Assembly: GCA_965224085.1 (NCBI GenBank)
Contig: CBDCYI010000004.1
Span: 768,001 to 832,000, forward strand
From: Candidatus Marinacidobacterales bacterium
Lineage (GTDB): Bacteria > Acidobacteriota > Vicinamibacteria > Marinacidobacterales > SMYC01
Direction of reading: 5' to 3'
Length of the DNA stretch: 64,000 nt
Part shown: piece by piece, positions 63,229 to 64,000 of the stretch
Layout of the letters: every line of letters begins with the position of its first letter
Position numbering within the stretch: position 1 is the stretch's first letter
The notes under the pieces: generated by a model
What the model was told of the DNA's origin: nothing
The model's input: only the letters and a program-made list of their open reading frames with translations
Database searches by the model: none
Position numbers and translations under genes: made by a program

Positions 63229-64000
63229 ATGCGTGCATCATGTGCAACAGCGATGGCCGTAATCATCTCTTCGATGGCAAGCTGGAGCGAAGGCCAAACG
63301 CCCCCTAATCAATGGAGCTTAGGATTGAGTCTTCGTGAATCCAGGCAGTTCGATCGCGTCGTCAATGACGGGCTGGGGGATGGCCGGATTACGGACAGCG
63401 CTAGCGTCAATTTCGGCTACTCGACCAATCGTGAGCGCTCGAGCCTCTCTTTGTTCGCGCGCGGGAGCGAGCTTTCCTAGAGCCGAAGAAGAGCGCAACC
63501 GCCCGATCAATTTTGGTTTGGGTTTGCGTTGGAGTCGGCGGGTGACGGAGCGTTTTCAATCTTCGATGCGTGTGACGGCCAACCGAAACTTCTCCCGCGA
63601 GAGGCTAACGGAGCTCGGCATCGTCGCGCCCGACCTGGAGAGTTATTCCGCGGGTGCGAGTTGGCGCACACAGTACCAGGCGAGTGCACGCACCGGCATG
63701 TCGACGTCGCTCAGCTACCGGTTCACGGACATCGTGAATGCACAGCCGATCCCTGGCTCTCAAATCGTTCTCGAAGAGCAACCTTTCGGCGACAGCTTGT
63801 CTATTCCCGCGGGAATCGACGTCGACGCGAACGTGCCGGTTCGGGATGGTCAGAATGACGTTCTAGACATCCTCGCTGCCGAAGGACTCGACAGCCTAGC
63901 GAATCGCAGCCAATTTGCATCCGCCGGCTTCGGCCTGAGCCGTACGCTGTCCCAACGCACGTCGATCGGCTTGAATGTTTCGGCCGGCTATCGAATTTTG
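63229..64000 (+). CDS. Putative outer-membrane beta-barrel protein of the EPS locus (partial, frameshifted)
   Basis: Signal peptide, alternating Ser/Gly/aromatic beta-strand patterns, directly after the export gene. Confidence 0.45.

Overview
High-GC bacterial chromosomal segment. Gene content (TolB/PD40 and TPR remnants, VPS10-like hydrolase, M14 peptidase, cNMP-DUF4388, KirBac) suggests Acidobacteriota; this is an inference. (i) 1-16.3 kb is an accessory region ending at the 3' end of tRNA-Phe. It holds a Wzx flippase, two GT-C glycosyltransferases, an SSS transporter, a MITE-like element, gene remnants and a translationally coupled putative biosynthetic operon: RibA-like fragment, MDR dehydrogenase, B12-radical SAM, DUF2332 and a Nif11-leader-like domain fused to a PhyH dioxygenase, with an IPNS-like oxygenase and a second PhyH nearby. 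(ii) 16.3-31 kb is housekeeping: tRNA-Phe, recA with a long structured leader and tandem NrdR-like boxes, hbd/thiolase, DciA, Maf, lat, LytS/LytTR. (iii) 31-57 kb is periplasmic/catabolic genes, including a ThDP enzyme with a Tat signal, and rpmB. (iv) 57-64 kb is the start of an exopolysaccharide locus. The sequence has many single-base frameshifts (several in homopolymers, probably long-read errors) and about 9 abrupt junctions where genes are internally deleted or joined to unrelated fragments. Real decay and assembly chimerism cannot be separated from sequence alone. All family calls come from motif recognition, not database searches.
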